A DNA stretch of 56,871 bases from an uncultured Bacilli bacterium (GCA_947591455.1 CANQDC010000001.1:1-56871), one strand, 5' to 3'. Positions 8,438-18,628 are shown, counted from the stretch's first letter. The notes: generated by a model not told the origin, from the sequence alone. Numbers and translations are program-made.

Positions 8438-10091
8438 GTGGTTTGAGGTGAAAAAAAGTAGTTTTTTAGAAGGAACAATTATTGCCACCCTAGCAATTGT
8501 CATCACCAAAATTATGGGGATGTTATATGTGATTCCTTTTTATGCAATGGTTGGTGAACAAGGAAGTGCTCTATATGCTTATGCATATAATATCTATATT
8601 ATTTTTTTAGATATTTCGAGTGCTGGTTTACCAATAGCAATTAGTAAAATTATTAAAGAATACAATACTTTAAAAATGTATGATGCAAAAATGCGCGCCT
8701 ATAAAATTGGCAAGCGAATCATCACGATTTTATCCATCACGATATTTGTAATTTTATTTGTTTTTGCAAGAACGATTGCCACCCTAATTTTAGGGGAATT
8801 AAGTGGGGGAAATACAATTGAGGATGTTACGTTTGTCATTCGTGCTGTTTCTTTTGCTATTTTAGTGATCCCTTATTTAAGTGTATCAAAAGGCTTTTTA
8901 CAAGGACATAATATTATTAATATATCATCAATTAGCCAAGTGATTGAACAAATGGCACGAATTGCGGTCATTTTAGGAGGAAGCTATGTAGCTATAAATA
9001 TATTGCATTTAAGTTTACGATCAACGATTGGAATTGCTGTATTTGGAGCTTGCGCGGGTGGAATTTGTGCGATTTTTTATATTTTATCCAAAATGAACAA
9101 AAACAAAAAAGAGTTGGGTTTTTTAGAAACTTATCAAAAAGATAATGTTTCAAATAAAGAAATCGCCAAAAAAATTATTACGTATTCGATTCCTTTTATT
9201 ATTATAGCTATAGCAGCATCTATAAATAATTTTATGGATATGGTAATGATTTTAAGAACATTAGAGTTTATGAAAATAGATACCGCAACCATTGAATTTG
9301 CTACCACCGCCATAACCACTTGGAGTGCAAAAATAAGTATGATAGTAAATTCTGTTGCTCTTGGAATGACCACCAGTTTAATACCTACTATTGTTGGTGC
9401 TTATACTTTAAAAAATTGGCAAGAAGTAAATAATAAATTAAATAAAGCATTACAATTTATTTTAGTAATTAGTATTCCTATGTGTGTAGGATTATCCTTA
9501 TTATCCCAAAGTGTATGGAGTGTTTTTTACGGGTTTAATAAAAAGGGTGCTACCATATTTTCTATTCATATATTTGTATCGTTATTTTTTAATTTATATA
9601 CAATAACTTCGTCAACTTTACAAGGGCTTAACAAATTTAGCGCCGTATACAAAAGTACCATAACCGGATTTTTAACGAATATGGCCTTAAATATTCCACT
9701 CATGGTTTTATTCCAAAAAATAGGATCTGCCCCTTATTTAGGAGCGATATTTGCTACCGCCACCGGTTATATTGTATCTTTTACAATTGCGTTATTAATA
9801 TTAAAAAAAGAACATCAATTAAAATATACAGATACATTGAAAACCCTTGGACATATTGTGTTACCAACATTTGCCATGATTGCGGTTGTACTGCTATTAA
9901 AAATAATCATTCCAGTTCAGTTAACGAATAAAGTCTCTTGTTTAATTTATATTGGTATAATTAGTATAATAGGAGCAATAACTTACTTAGGCATCTCTTA
10001 TAAAACTGGATTATTGGAGCACGTATTTGGTAAAAATTATTTAAAAAAAATAATAAAAAAACTTACCTTTGGTAAGATAAGTATTTCTTAA
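8427..10091 (+). CDS. MOP-superfamily flippase (MurJ/SpoVB/YtgP-like polysaccharide or lipid II flippase)
   Basis: 554 aa, about 14 hydrophobic helices, typical size and topology. The start is uncertain (GTG 8427 or GTG 8448). Confidence 0.75.
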   Translation: MKNEWFEVKKSSFLEGTIIATLAIVITKIMGMLYVIPFYAMVGEQGSALYAYAYNIYIIFLDISSAGLPIAISKIIKEYNTLKMYDAKMRAYKIGKRIITILSITIFVILFVFARTIATLILGELSGGNTIEDVTFVIRAVSFAILVIPYLSVSKGFLQGHNIINISSISQVIEQMARIAVILGGSYVAINILHLSLRSTIGIAVFGACAGGICAIFYILSKMNKNKKELGFLETYQKDNVSNKEIAKKIITYSIPFIIIAIAASINNFMDMVMILRTLEFMKIDTATIEFATTAITTWSAKISMIVNSVALGMTTSLIPTIVGAYTLKNWQEVNNKLNKALQFILVISIPMCVGLSLLSQSVWSVFYGFNKKGATIFSIHIFVSLFFNLYTITSSTLQGLNKFSAVYKSTITGFLTNMALNIPLMVLFQKIGSAPYLGAIFATATGYIVSFTIALLILKKEHQLKYTDTLKTLGHIVLPTFAMIAVVLLLKIIIPVQLTNKVSCLIYIGIISIIGAITYLGISYKTGLLEHVFGKNYLKKIIKKLTFGKISIS

Positions 10092-10423
10092 AGCATATAC
10101 ATATTTGTGGTATTATCAAAATTTTCGGTTGTTAAAACTCCTTTAGATTCTAATTTACTAATTCGAGCATCCAATCGATTAATTTGTCGCTCTATTTTAG
10201 CAAGTCTGGATTCCATATCGCTCATATAATCACTTCCATTGGTTCCACCAGGAATCATTCCTGTATTATTCATGGGACCCGTATAGAAGCTTTGACTTGC
10301 TTGACTTCCAAAACCGCTATTCATAGGGATATTTTGCATCCCATAATTTGGTGTCATGCCATAGCTTTGTTGAAAACTTGTTTCGTTAAAAAATGAATTT
10401 CTGTCTTTTTTCATCAAAAACAC
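10088..10423 (-). CDS. hypothetical protein with an M/N/P/G-rich N-terminal half and a C-terminal coiled coil
   Basis: 111 aa. It contains GMTPNYGMQNIPMNSGFG...GPMNNTGMIPGG followed by LAKIERQINRLDARISKLESK. It is convergent with the flippase gene, overlapping it by 4 nt. Confidence 0.5.
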   Translation of the reverse strand: MFLMKKDRNSFFNETSFQQSYGMTPNYGMQNIPMNSGFGSQASQSFYTGPMNNTGMIPGGTNGSDYMSDMESRLAKIERQINRLDARISKLESKGVLTTENFDNTTNMYML

Positions 10424-10462
10424 TCCCTTACACGATTATTATATGTGAAATTTTAGAAAGTA

Positions 10463-11113
10463 GTGATATTTGTGCGTCTTAGAAATGTTAAAAATGCCAA
10501 AGAAAAATTAGAAGCAAGTCCTTTTTTTATTCCGAATCCAAAAGAGTTTAAAGGACAATGGCAAAATGTATTTTCAAAACAATCGGTTGAAAAGAATCCC
10601 ATTCATCTGGAAATAGGAGCCGGAAAAGGGCAGTTTTTAATTGCAATGGCAAAAAAAAATCCCGATATGAACTTTATAGGGATCGAAAAATATGAAAGTG
10701 TTCTAGTAAGAGCAATTGAAAAAGTAAATCAAACCGATTTAAAAAATATTGTGTTTATTTGTGTAGATGCTATGGAGTTAAGAGAAATTTTTGATCATGA
10801 AATTGCTACAATTTATTTGAATTTTTCTGATCCATGGCCCAAAAGTAGACATGCCAAAAGAAGATTAACGAGTCCAATATTTTTAAATATCTATGATCAT
10901 GTATTTAAAAATAATCCCATGATTATTCAAAAAACAGATAATTTGGATTTATTTTCCTATAGTTTAGAAACTTTGAGCCAACATGGGTATTGTTTTTTAC
11001 AAGTAAGTTTACATTTACAAGACACCCAAATAGCCAATGTGGAAACCGAATATGAACAAAAATTTAAAGAAAAAGGAATAAAAATTAACTATTTAAAAGC
11101 TTGTAAAAAATAA
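10463..11113 (+). CDS. trmB: tRNA (guanine46-N7)-methyltransferase
   Basis: SAM-binding block HLEIGAGKGQFL plus FIGIE and NFSDPWPK...HAKRRL. The true start is probably GTG 10472 (MRLRNVKNA...). Confidence 0.85.
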   Translation: MIFVRLRNVKNAKEKLEASPFFIPNPKEFKGQWQNVFSKQSVEKNPIHLEIGAGKGQFLIAMAKKNPDMNFIGIEKYESVLVRAIEKVNQTDLKNIVFICVDAMELREIFDHEIATIYLNFSDPWPKSRHAKRRLTSPIFLNIYDHVFKNNPMIIQKTDNLDLFSYSLETLSQHGYCFLQVSLHLQDTQIANVETEYEQKFKEKGIKINYLKACKK

Positions 11114-11172
11114 ATATTTAAAAAAAAAACTTTCTTTGCTATAATATTCTAGAGTAAAAGAGGAGTAAGTCT

Positions 11173-11817
11173 ATGAAAAAAATAATCTTGCTAATCCTAA
11201 TTACCTTTTTTTTAACAGGATGCATAAATATTGAAAATAGCGATTATAATATGCTTATTGATCAAGCGTTAAGTAATAAAAATTCGACCCCCAATAAAAG
11301 TTATAAAGGATATAGTTATTATTTACCAGTGGGTGTCCGAATTGATCAAACCAATAGCAATAATATAATCTTTAAATATAAAGACTATCGATTATATATG
11401 TATGTAGATTTAATTAGTTATTATTATAAAAAAGTAGAAACGTATACCAAAAATCAAGCTTATGTATCAATACCAATAAAAAATGAAGATAAATTTGGCT
11501 ATTTAGAAGTCAATAATATCGAAAAAGAAAAATATTTAGTTGAAATCATGTATAATTATGCTAAAATAGAAGTAATAGTAGATAAGTGTGATATAAAAGA
11601 AGTGGTGAGCTATGCAATGAGCCTATTACATTCCATTTCTTATAACGATACTATGATAAAAACGATGGTTGAAAAAAATATACTAAATTATAATGAAGTG
11701 GAATTTAATATATTTGAAACCGCTAAAAGTGATAGTAATATTATTGAATATGATGAAGATGCTAGTATGGATAACCAAAATGAACAAAACATACCAGATA
11801 CAGATTTGATCAATTAG
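11173..11817 (+). CDS. lipoprotein, function unknown
   Basis: Signal peptide with lipobox LTGC (MKKIILLILITFFLTGC) and RBS GAGGAG upstream. Confidence 0.7.
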   Translation: MKKIILLILITFFLTGCINIENSDYNMLIDQALSNKNSTPNKSYKGYSYYLPVGVRIDQTNSNNIIFKYKDYRLYMYVDLISYYYKKVETYTKNQAYVSIPIKNEDKFGYLEVNNIEKEKYLVEIMYNYAKIEVIVDKCDIKEVVSYAMSLLHSISYNDTMIKTMVEKNILNYNEVEFNIFETAKSDSNIIEYDEDASMDNQNEQNIPDTDLIN

Positions 11818-11830
11818 AGGATGGTGTAAC

Positions 11831-12673
11831 ATGGGATTACTAAATAAATTAAAAAATGCTTTATTTGAAGAAGAGGAAATAGAAATTGATTCCACTCCCG
11901 AAAAAGTAGTAATTAAAGATGAAGAACCCACAATTGATAAAAAGAAGGAAGTAAAACAAGAGATTCCTCCTTTAGAAAATGAAAGAGAATTATTTAAAGC
12001 GGAGAATACATTTAATTTCCCAGATTTTGATGAAGAAGAATTTGTTTCAAATTTTAATATCGAAAAAGAAGAAATCAAAATTGAAAAGAGAAAAGAACCG
12101 GAAAAGATAAAAAAAATGGAGAATGTTTATAACGAAAACAAAGGAAAAATCAGTCGAGAACATTCCATCACTCGTAAAGAAAAAAATAAAGTAAAAATCG
12201 AAAAAGTTGAAAAAAAATTTACTCCTTCTCCAATCATTTCTCCTGTATATGGTATTTTAGATAAAAATTATAAAAAAGAAGATATCATAAAAGTGGAGAA
12301 AACGAAAAAAGAACAAAAAATTATTGATGTTGATATGGTTCGTAAAAAAGCTTTTGGAACATTAGAAGACGATATAGAAAAAACATTAAATGAATCCATG
12401 GATACTTTTTATAACGAAAAATCTAAAAGTATCGATGAGTTATTAAATGATTCTATTGATGATACCATAGAAATTACTTATGACGAGGTTCCAAAGCATT
12501 CTGAAGAATTTACAAATAGTATTGAAGAAGAATTAGATAAAGTAGAAGATCATTTTGTTACGGAAGATAAAAAAGCCAAACAAGAGGAAGAATATCTAGA
12601 AAACAATACTTTAGAAAATGATTTATTTGATTTAATAGATTCAATGTATGATAATAGAGAGGAAGAAGAATAA
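11831..12673 (+). CDS. highly acidic E/K-rich protein with an amphipathic N-terminus
   Basis: 280 aa. MGLLNKLKNALF is followed by E/K-rich low complexity. No domain recognised. Confidence 0.55.
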   Translation: MGLLNKLKNALFEEEEIEIDSTPEKVVIKDEEPTIDKKKEVKQEIPPLENERELFKAENTFNFPDFDEEEFVSNFNIEKEEIKIEKRKEPEKIKKMENVYNENKGKISREHSITRKEKNKVKIEKVEKKFTPSPIISPVYGILDKNYKKEDIIKVEKTKKEQKIIDVDMVRKKAFGTLEDDIEKTLNESMDTFYNEKSKSIDELLNDSIDDTIEITYDEVPKHSEEFTNSIEEELDKVEDHFVTEDKKAKQEEEYLENNTLENDLFDLIDSMYDNREEEE

Positions 12674-12975
12674 TGCAATTTTGGTTAGAGTTTTTACCTT
12701 TACTCATATATATTTTACTGATATTTATTTTATTAGTTGGCATAATTTTGGGTATTAAGACTATAATAACATTAGATAAAGTGGATAAAATTATTGATGA
12801 CGTACAAGATAAAGTACGAACATTAAATGGTTTTTTTCATATAATTGATTACGCAACGGATAAAATTGCTTTGGCAACAGATAAAGTTGTCGATGGAATT
12901 GCTGGCTTAATTGGAAAAGTATTATTCAAAAAAAATAAAAATAAGAAAAAGGAAAGTGATGATGAAAATGAATAA
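12673..12975 (+). CDS. small membrane protein (DUF948/YtxG-like)
   Basis: 100 aa with an N-terminal TM followed by a helical region. It sits next to a ytxH-like gene, as in B. subtilis ytxGHJ. Confidence 0.5.
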   Translation: MQFWLEFLPLLIYILLIFILLVGIILGIKTIITLDKVDKIIDDVQDKVRTLNGFFHIIDYATDKIALATDKVVDGIAGLIGKVLFKKNKNKKKESDDENE

Positions 12976-13408
12976 AAAAGGATTAGGAAAATTTGTTACA
13001 GGAGCTGCGATTGGTGCTGGTCTTGGAATTCTATTTGCTCCTAAAAAAGGAAGCGAAACAAGAAAAGATTTAAAAAATAAAACAGAAGACATTGTCGAAA
13101 AAATAAAAAATACAGATGCCAAAGAAGTGAAAAAGAATTTAGAAAAAAAATTAACAGAATTAAAAAAAGATTTAGCCAATTTAGACAAAGAAACAGCTAA
13201 AGAAGTGATTAAAGAAAAAGCAACATTGCTTCTTGATAAAGCAGATGATTTAATTGAAATGGCTAAAGAAAAAAGTGCTCCAATTATTGAAAAAACAACA
13301 AAAGAAATAAAAAATAAAACAATTGAAATTTTAAATTCTGCTATTGATAAACTAGAAGCTGAACCAAAAAAAATGCCAGCTAAAACAGCGAAAAAGAAAA
13401 ATGCTTAA
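12959..13408 (+). CDS. YtxH-like general stress protein
   Basis: GKFVTGAAIGAGLGILFAPKKGSETRKDLK is the YtxH signature, followed by a K/E-rich helix. The start is uncertain (ATG 12959, 12962 or 12968); the track ORF start at 12911 is probably too early. Confidence 0.65.
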   Translation: MMKMNKKGLGKFVTGAAIGAGLGILFAPKKGSETRKDLKNKTEDIVEKIKNTDAKEVKKNLEKKLTELKKDLANLDKETAKEVIKEKATLLLDKADDLIEMAKEKSAPIIEKTTKEIKNKTIEILNSAIDKLEAEPKKMPAKTAKKKNA

Positions 13409-13411
13409 GTT

Positions 13412-13621
13412 ATGAAAATTGATGATATCAAAAATGAGCGACAAAGATTAGTCAATCAAAGATTAATCATACAAGAAATGTATCCGATTCGTTCTTCTGA
13501 AAATAAACAAGAGTTTCAAAAAAAGACGAAAAATACAATGAATGAGGAATTTCAAAAACTTTTAGATCAAGAAATGGATGCATTGAAGCAAAAAGAGCTT
13601 GATGAGCGAAAAAAATTATGA
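13412..13621 (+). CDS. small charged hypothetical protein
   Basis: 69-aa K/E/Q-rich ORF. No motif recognised. Confidence 0.35.
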   Translation: MKIDDIKNERQRLVNQRLIIQEMYPIRSSENKQEFQKKTKNTMNEEFQKLLDQEMDALKQKELDERKKL

Positions 13622-13644
13622 TATAACAAAAAACGAAACGAAGA

Positions 13645-13836
13645 AAAATAGAAGTAGTTCATATTTATTTTGGTAGAGAGTCCGTGGCGGGTGAAAACGG
13701 ATAAAAGATACGAATGAAGTTACCTATTTGGAGTGGAAACGGTGACGCGTTATAGTTTTTAAAGTGCATGAGAAATCATGAATTAAGGTGGTACCGCGAA
13801 TATTTCGTCCTTATGATGAAGATTCGCTTTTTTTAT
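13645..13836 (+). promoter_or_regulatory. T-box leader riboswitch (probable Tyr specifier)
   Basis: AGAGAGTCCGTGGCGGGTGAAAACGGA distal stem I motif. Candidate specifier TAC at 13721-13723. T-box AATTAAGGTGGTACCGCG at 13781-13798. Terminator arms GCGAAT (13796-13801) / ATTCGC (13822-13827) plus a T-run. Confidence 0.85.
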
Positions 13837-13850
13837 TAGGAGGAAAAAAT

Positions 13851-15080
13851 ATGACAGTTTATGAAGATTTGGTATGGAGAGGTTTAATTAAGGATAGTAC
13901 TTCTTCAGAATTAGGAAAAAAATTAAATGCCGGCGGGATGACTTTTTATATTGGGACAGACCCCACAGCTGATTCTATGCATTTAGGACATTTATCTTCT
14001 TTTTTAATTTCTAAAAGACTAAAAAATGCAGGACACAATCCGATATTGTTAATTGGTGGAGCAACAGGACGGATAGGAGATCCTCGTCCCACAAGCGAAA
14101 GAGAAATGAAATCAATTGCTGAAATAGAACATAATATTGAGTGTTTAACCAAACAAGCTAAAGAAATTTTTGGCTTTGAAGTAGTGAATAATTATGATTG
14201 GTCCAAAAATATCAACTTTATTGATTTTTTAAGAGATTATGGGAAATTTTTTAGTATTAATTATATGTTAGATAAAGATATCATTCGAAGAAGATTAGAA
14301 ACAGGAATTACTTATACTGAATTTTCTTATATGATTATGCAAGCATTAGACTTTTTACATTTATTTGAAACAAAAAATTGTACCTTACAAGTAGCAGGCA
14401 GTGATCAATGGGGAAATATTACTGCTGGAGTTGATTTAATTAAGAAAAAAACGGGTTGTGATGTTTATGCCTTTACGATGCCATTAGTTACAGATAAATC
14501 AGGGAAAAAATTTGGGAAAAGTGAAGGAAACGCTTTATGGCTTGATAAAAATAAAACATCCAGTTATGAAATTTATCAATATTTAATTAATAGTGAAGAT
14601 GAAAAAGTAATTGATTATTTAAAAGTATTTACGTTTTTAAGTAAAGAAGAAATCGAAGAGTTAGAAAAGAAAAATAAAGAACATCCAGAATTAAGAGAAG
14701 CTCACAAAGCTTTGGCGCGGGAAGTCATTACCTTTTTGCATGGAAAAGAAGAATATGAAAAAGCAAAAAATATGAGTGAATCCTTATTTAATGAAGATAT
14801 AACCAAATTGCCAGTTTCTGATATTTTAGAGGCTTTAAAAGATTTACCGAAATATCCTTTCCAACTTGATATGTCTTTATTAGAATATTTAGTAGAAAAT
14901 GGTATTTGTTCGAGTAAAAGAGAAGCAAGAGAAATGATTGCTAATGGGGCCATCTCATTAAACAATAAAAAGGTAACCAGTGAAGAGAAAAAAATAGAAA
15001 AACAAGATTTAATTGAAAACAAAATAATCATTGTTCGCAAAGGAAAGAAAAAATATTCTATTGGAATATTAGAAAAATAA
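13851..15080 (+). CDS. tyrS: tyrosyl-tRNA synthetase
   Basis: HIGH-type motif (HLGHL), KFGKS (KMSKS-type) motif, and a C-terminal S4-like domain. ATG 13851 follows RBS TTAGGAGG. The track start at 13788 lies inside the T-box element. Confidence 0.95.
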   Translation: MTVYEDLVWRGLIKDSTSSELGKKLNAGGMTFYIGTDPTADSMHLGHLSSFLISKRLKNAGHNPILLIGGATGRIGDPRPTSEREMKSIAEIEHNIECLTKQAKEIFGFEVVNNYDWSKNINFIDFLRDYGKFFSINYMLDKDIIRRRLETGITYTEFSYMIMQALDFLHLFETKNCTLQVAGSDQWGNITAGVDLIKKKTGCDVYAFTMPLVTDKSGKKFGKSEGNALWLDKNKTSSYEIYQYLINSEDEKVIDYLKVFTFLSKEEIEELEKKNKEHPELREAHKALAREVITFLHGKEEYEKAKNMSESLFNEDITKLPVSDILEALKDLPKYPFQLDMSLLEYLVENGICSSKREAREMIANGAISLNNKKVTSEEKKIEKQDLIENKIIIVRKGKKKYSIGILEK

Positions 15081-15095
15081 AAGTAGGGGAAATTT

Positions 15096-16013
15096 ATGTA
15101 TGATATAATTATTGTTGGAGCCGGACCTGCGGGTCTTACAAGTGCTTTGTATGCTTTAAGAGCCAATAAAAAAGTACTTATTTTAGAAGCAAATACGTAT
15201 GGAGGACAAATAATTAATGCAAGCCAAATAGAGAATTATCCCGCCATCGAAAAAATTAGTGGATATGATTTTGCTACCAATTTATATAATCAAGTTCAAA
15301 AATTAGGAGTGGAAATCAAATACGAAACAGTTTTACATATAGAGAAAGATAAAACAGTGCAAACAAATAAAGGAAAATATCAAGCACATGCCATTATTCT
15401 AGCTACTGGAGCTAAAAATAGAAAACTAAATATCAAGAATGAAGAAAAATTTGTGGGAAAAGGTCTTTCTTATTGTGCTACCTGTGATGGCAATTTTTAT
15501 AAAAATAAAATCGTAGCTGTAAATGGTGGTGGCAATGCGGCAATAGAAGATGCCCTCTATTTATCCGATATTGCTAAAAATGTTTATGTCATTCATCGAA
15601 GAGATACCTTTAGAGCAGAAGAGATGTATTTACAAAAATTAAAAAAGAAAAAGAATGTTACGTATTTTTTAAACTCTACCATTTCTTCTTTAGAAGGAGA
15701 AGAACAATTAAAGCAAATAACAATAAAAGATCAAAATAATCAAGAACAAACACGAAAGGTTGATGGTTTATTTATCGCCATTGGTCAAGAGCCAAATAAT
15801 CAAATATTTGCCAATATCATCGATTTAGATGAGAAAGGGTATGTTAAATCAATAGATGGAGTGCATACAAAAACTCCAGGCATTTATGTAGCAGGAGATA
15901 CAAGAGTAAAAGAATTACGTCAACTAACCACCGCCGTAGCGGATGGCAGTATTGCAGCCACTTTAGCGATTAAAGAAATGCAACAAAATCGGAAAGAAAA
16001 AATGGCAAAATAA
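15096..16013 (+). CDS. trxB: thioredoxin-disulfide reductase
   Basis: GAGPAG FAD motif, redox-active CATCDG, a second dinucleotide motif GGGNAA, and GDT near the C-terminus. Confidence 0.9.
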   Translation: MYDIIIVGAGPAGLTSALYALRANKKVLILEANTYGGQIINASQIENYPAIEKISGYDFATNLYNQVQKLGVEIKYETVLHIEKDKTVQTNKGKYQAHAIILATGAKNRKLNIKNEEKFVGKGLSYCATCDGNFYKNKIVAVNGGGNAAIEDALYLSDIAKNVYVIHRRDTFRAEEMYLQKLKKKKNVTYFLNSTISSLEGEEQLKQITIKDQNNQEQTRKVDGLFIAIGQEPNNQIFANIIDLDEKGYVKSIDGVHTKTPGIYVAGDTRVKELRQLTTAVADGSIAATLAIKEMQQNRKEKMAK

Positions 16014-16051
16014 AGAATTTTTCATAACATAATTATGAGAGGAGAGTAATT

Positions 16052-16276
16052 ATGTATCAAATGCCTTATAATAATCCCTTTGCTCAAAATGGAGATCGTC
16101 AATTTTTCTTTCCATTTTTAACCGGAGCATTAGTTGGTGGAGCTGCTGTGGGACTTACGAGACCACGTCCTATTTATAATGTAGCACCTTATCAAAATTA
16201 TCCATCTTATCCACCATACGGAAGTGGACCTTATGGCTATTCATCTTATAGTTATTATTACCCATATGGAAAATAG
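16052..16276 (+). CDS. small Tyr/Pro/Gly-rich protein (possible spore coat or envelope protein)
   Basis: 74 aa with RBS GAGGAGAG upstream. One hydrophobic segment (FLTGALVGGAAVGL) is followed by YQNYPSYPPYGSGPYGYSSYSYYYPYGK. Confidence 0.5.
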   Translation: MYQMPYNNPFAQNGDRQFFFPFLTGALVGGAAVGLTRPRPIYNVAPYQNYPSYPPYGSGPYGYSSYSYYYPYGK

Positions 16277-16289
16277 TAGGAACTTGAAA

Positions 16290-17405
16290 TTAAGTTCTTT
16301 CTTTTTTGGTACAATTTAAGATAATTCCTAAAAATAAAAAATAAATGAACATATTTGATCCCCCATAGGATACAAAAGGTAAAGGAATACCCATAATCGG
16401 AAACAAACCAATATTCATTAAAATATTTTGTAACTGTTGATATACAAAAATCCAAAAGAAACCATGAATAAATAATTGATAAGAATACGAATGAACTAGA
16501 AATATTTTTTTGATCAGAAAAATATTAATTCCTAAAAAACAAAGTAAAATAATTAGAGCACCACAAAAGCCAAAAATACTAATGGCTAAAGTAAAAACAA
16601 AATCCGTTGGAAATTCTGGAACATAAAGTAAATTTTTTTGAATGCCCCGTCCCAAAAAACCAGCATGGCCAATGGTAGCTAAAGCATTATTTAGTTGCAT
16701 ACCACTGCCTGTATGAAAATTGATCAATCGATCCACGCGGTAAAAAAAACTGGTACCCATAAATTGAATCAATAAATCTTGTTTAAAAAAATAACAATAA
16801 AAGAAAAGAAGCATAAAAATTCCTAATAAAGAAAAGGCCAGCACAAACCATCTTTTTTTTATTCCCGAAAATAATAAAACTGAGAACAAGAGTAAAAAAT
16901 AAATAATAATGGCTCCAGTATCAGGTTCTAAAAAAACCAGTAGAGAAGGGAGGCATGTAGCCAGTACAGAAAATAAAATATACTGAATTTCACTTATTTT
17001 TTGATGATGAAAATAAAAACTTAAATGGATTAAAAATAACAGTAAAGCAATTTTCATAAATTCACTGGGTTGAAAATTGAAAATTTTTAAAGTGAACCAA
17101 GCTCTTGCTCCATTAATTTCTTTTCCCAAAAACAAAACGAAAATAAGTAATATATTACCAATGACATATAAAATAAAACTAGAATTAAATAAAACTCGAA
17201 TTTTTATTTTCTGTAAAAAAATGAGTAATAAAAATCCAAGAAAATACCATAAAACCTGTTTAGCTAAATGATGGCTATAAATACTTTTAATAAACCTAGA
17301 TTGATACATACAAAAAAAACTAATGATCATTAAAATCAAAATAGGTAAAAATAAAAGTAGATTGTCCTTATTAAATATTCTTTTCATATTTTTAGTATGC
17401 AACAA
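16290..17405 (-). CDS. FtsW/RodA/SpoVE-family peptidoglycan glycosyltransferase
   Basis: 371 aa, about 10 TM. SEDS-type blocks are present: FQPSEFMKIAL, PDTGAIII, IPLPFVSYGGSN. Confidence 0.85.
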   Translation of the reverse strand: MLHTKNMKRIFNKDNLLLFLPILILMIISFFCMYQSRFIKSIYSHHLAKQVLWYFLGFLLLIFLQKIKIRVLFNSSFILYVIGNILLIFVLFLGKEINGARAWFTLKIFNFQPSEFMKIALLLFLIHLSFYFHHQKISEIQYILFSVLATCLPSLLVFLEPDTGAIIIYFLLLFSVLLFSGIKKRWFVLAFSLLGIFMLLFFYCYFFKQDLLIQFMGTSFFYRVDRLINFHTGSGMQLNNALATIGHAGFLGRGIQKNLLYVPEFPTDFVFTLAISIFGFCGALIILLCFLGINIFLIKKIFLVHSYSYQLFIHGFFWIFVYQQLQNILMNIGLFPIMGIPLPFVSYGGSNMFIYFLFLGIILNCTKKERT

Positions 17406-17444
17406 TTTCTAAATATCATCATAAAATGTAACGAGGTGTTTATA

Positions 17445-17738
17445 ATGCATAAAGATTTACCTAAAGTATTTGCAGTACCTATTGATAAAACAATTAAAAA
17501 CAATAAAGATATATTTATCGGTCAGGAAGAAGAACGTAGTAATCAAAAAAATATAAATATGAGTGATATTAATAAAATTTTTAATGATAAAACCCATGTT
17601 TATAAAACAAAAGTTCAAATTACCACTTCAAAAGAAGAAAAAATAGTCGAGTTAGTTGGAATCAAAAATAATGCTCTTTTAACTTTAAAAGGAGAGAGTA
17701 TTCCTATAGTAGATATTATAAATATAAAAAAAGTGTAA
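17445..17738 (+). CDS. hypothetical protein
   Basis: ATG 17445 follows RBS ACGAGGTG. The track start at 17397 overlaps the divergent FtsW-family start. No motif recognised. Confidence 0.4.
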   Translation: MHKDLPKVFAVPIDKTIKNNKDIFIGQEEERSNQKNINMSDINKIFNDKTHVYKTKVQITTSKEEKIVELVGIKNNALLTLKGESIPIVDIINIKKV

Positions 17739-17748
17739 AAGATTTACA

Positions 17749-18066
17749 CTATAAAATTTCATCAATATATTTTTTTAATTGGCGAGCATCTTTACCAAAT
17801 ATGATTTTTAATTGATTATCTATTTCAACAATTCCTTTTGCTCCCAATTTTTGAATGGCGTCTTTATCAACAACTGTTACATCTTTTAAAATCACTTTAA
17901 AACGAGACATATTGCATTCGGCATTAATAATATTATCCTTACCACCTAAATAATTAATTAACTTATTTGCTTCAATACTAAAATCTCTTTTCATTAATTT
18001 GATAACAACTAAAGAAATTAAAATTAAAAGAGCTAATATAATAATATATTGAATAAATGTATTCAT
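17749..18066 (-). CDS. membrane-anchored PTS EIIB-like domain protein
   Basis: An N-terminal TM is followed by LINYLGGKDNIINAECNMSRFKVILKD...GAKGIVE...LKIIFG. This resembles the glucose-family EIIB fold, with the Cys retained. Confidence 0.5.
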   Translation of the reverse strand: MNTFIQYIIILALLILISLVVIKLMKRDFSIEANKLINYLGGKDNIINAECNMSRFKVILKDVTVVDKDAIQKLGAKGIVEIDNQLKIIFGKDARQLKKYIDEIL

Positions 18067-18187
18067 AACTTATCACCTATTAAAATTATACAATAAAAAT
18101 AAAATTTTTAAAACATTTTTGATTTCAAGAACTATTTTTATAGAATAACATAAATTAATAATGAGAATACATGAAAGGGTGAATGAT

Positions 18188-18628
18188 ATGTGTAATAATA
18201 ACAACAATGAAGAACAAACAAGCTGCATTGCTGAAATTCTAAACGTAATTTTAGTCCTTCAACAAAATGCTTGCCCAGAAAATTGTTTAGATTCTTGTGA
18301 TAGACCAATGCTAGGTGGAGGGCCAAATTGTTTGATTTGCAATACTAGACCAATAATGCTTTATACTTGTGGTGGAAACGGAACACCATGGAGTATGCCA
18401 ACAACAAAAGATTCTACCGCAACTTGTGTAGAAGGTTCAACAACTTGTTCAAATGTATTTAGAGTAGAAAAAGTAGATGGAAATTGTTGTACTTGTCGTG
18501 TTTTAGCAGATAATCCAGATACAACAAGTTTAAATCCTTATATTGCGACGAATTCTTTCTTTACAATTAGTTTAGATTGTGTTTGTGCAATTCGTTGTTT
18601 AACAGATACATTTGTAGAATGTGTATAA
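18188..18628 (+). CDS. CotY/CotZ-family spore coat (crust) protein
   Basis: Cys-rich. SCIAEILNVILVLQ..., FRVEKVDGNCCTCRVL and LDCVCAIRCL resemble B. subtilis CotZ/CotY. ATG 18188 is preferred over the track start. Confidence 0.7.
   Translation: MCNNNNNEEQTSCIAEILNVILVLQQNACPENCLDSCDRPMLGGGPNCLICNTRPIMLYTCGGNGTPWSMPTTKDSTATCVEGSTTCSNVFRVEKVDGNCCTCRVLADNPDTTSLNPYIATNSFFTISLDCVCAIRCLTDTFVECV

Noticed and set aside
13788-13850. N-terminal extension of the tyrS ORF in the track (GTG 13788, MVPRIFRPYDEDSLFLLGGKN...)
   Set aside because: This stretch is the T-box sequence and terminator of the leader (GGTGGTACCGCG...T-run). An ATG with RBS TTAGGAGG at 13851 gives the canonical TyrRS N-terminus.
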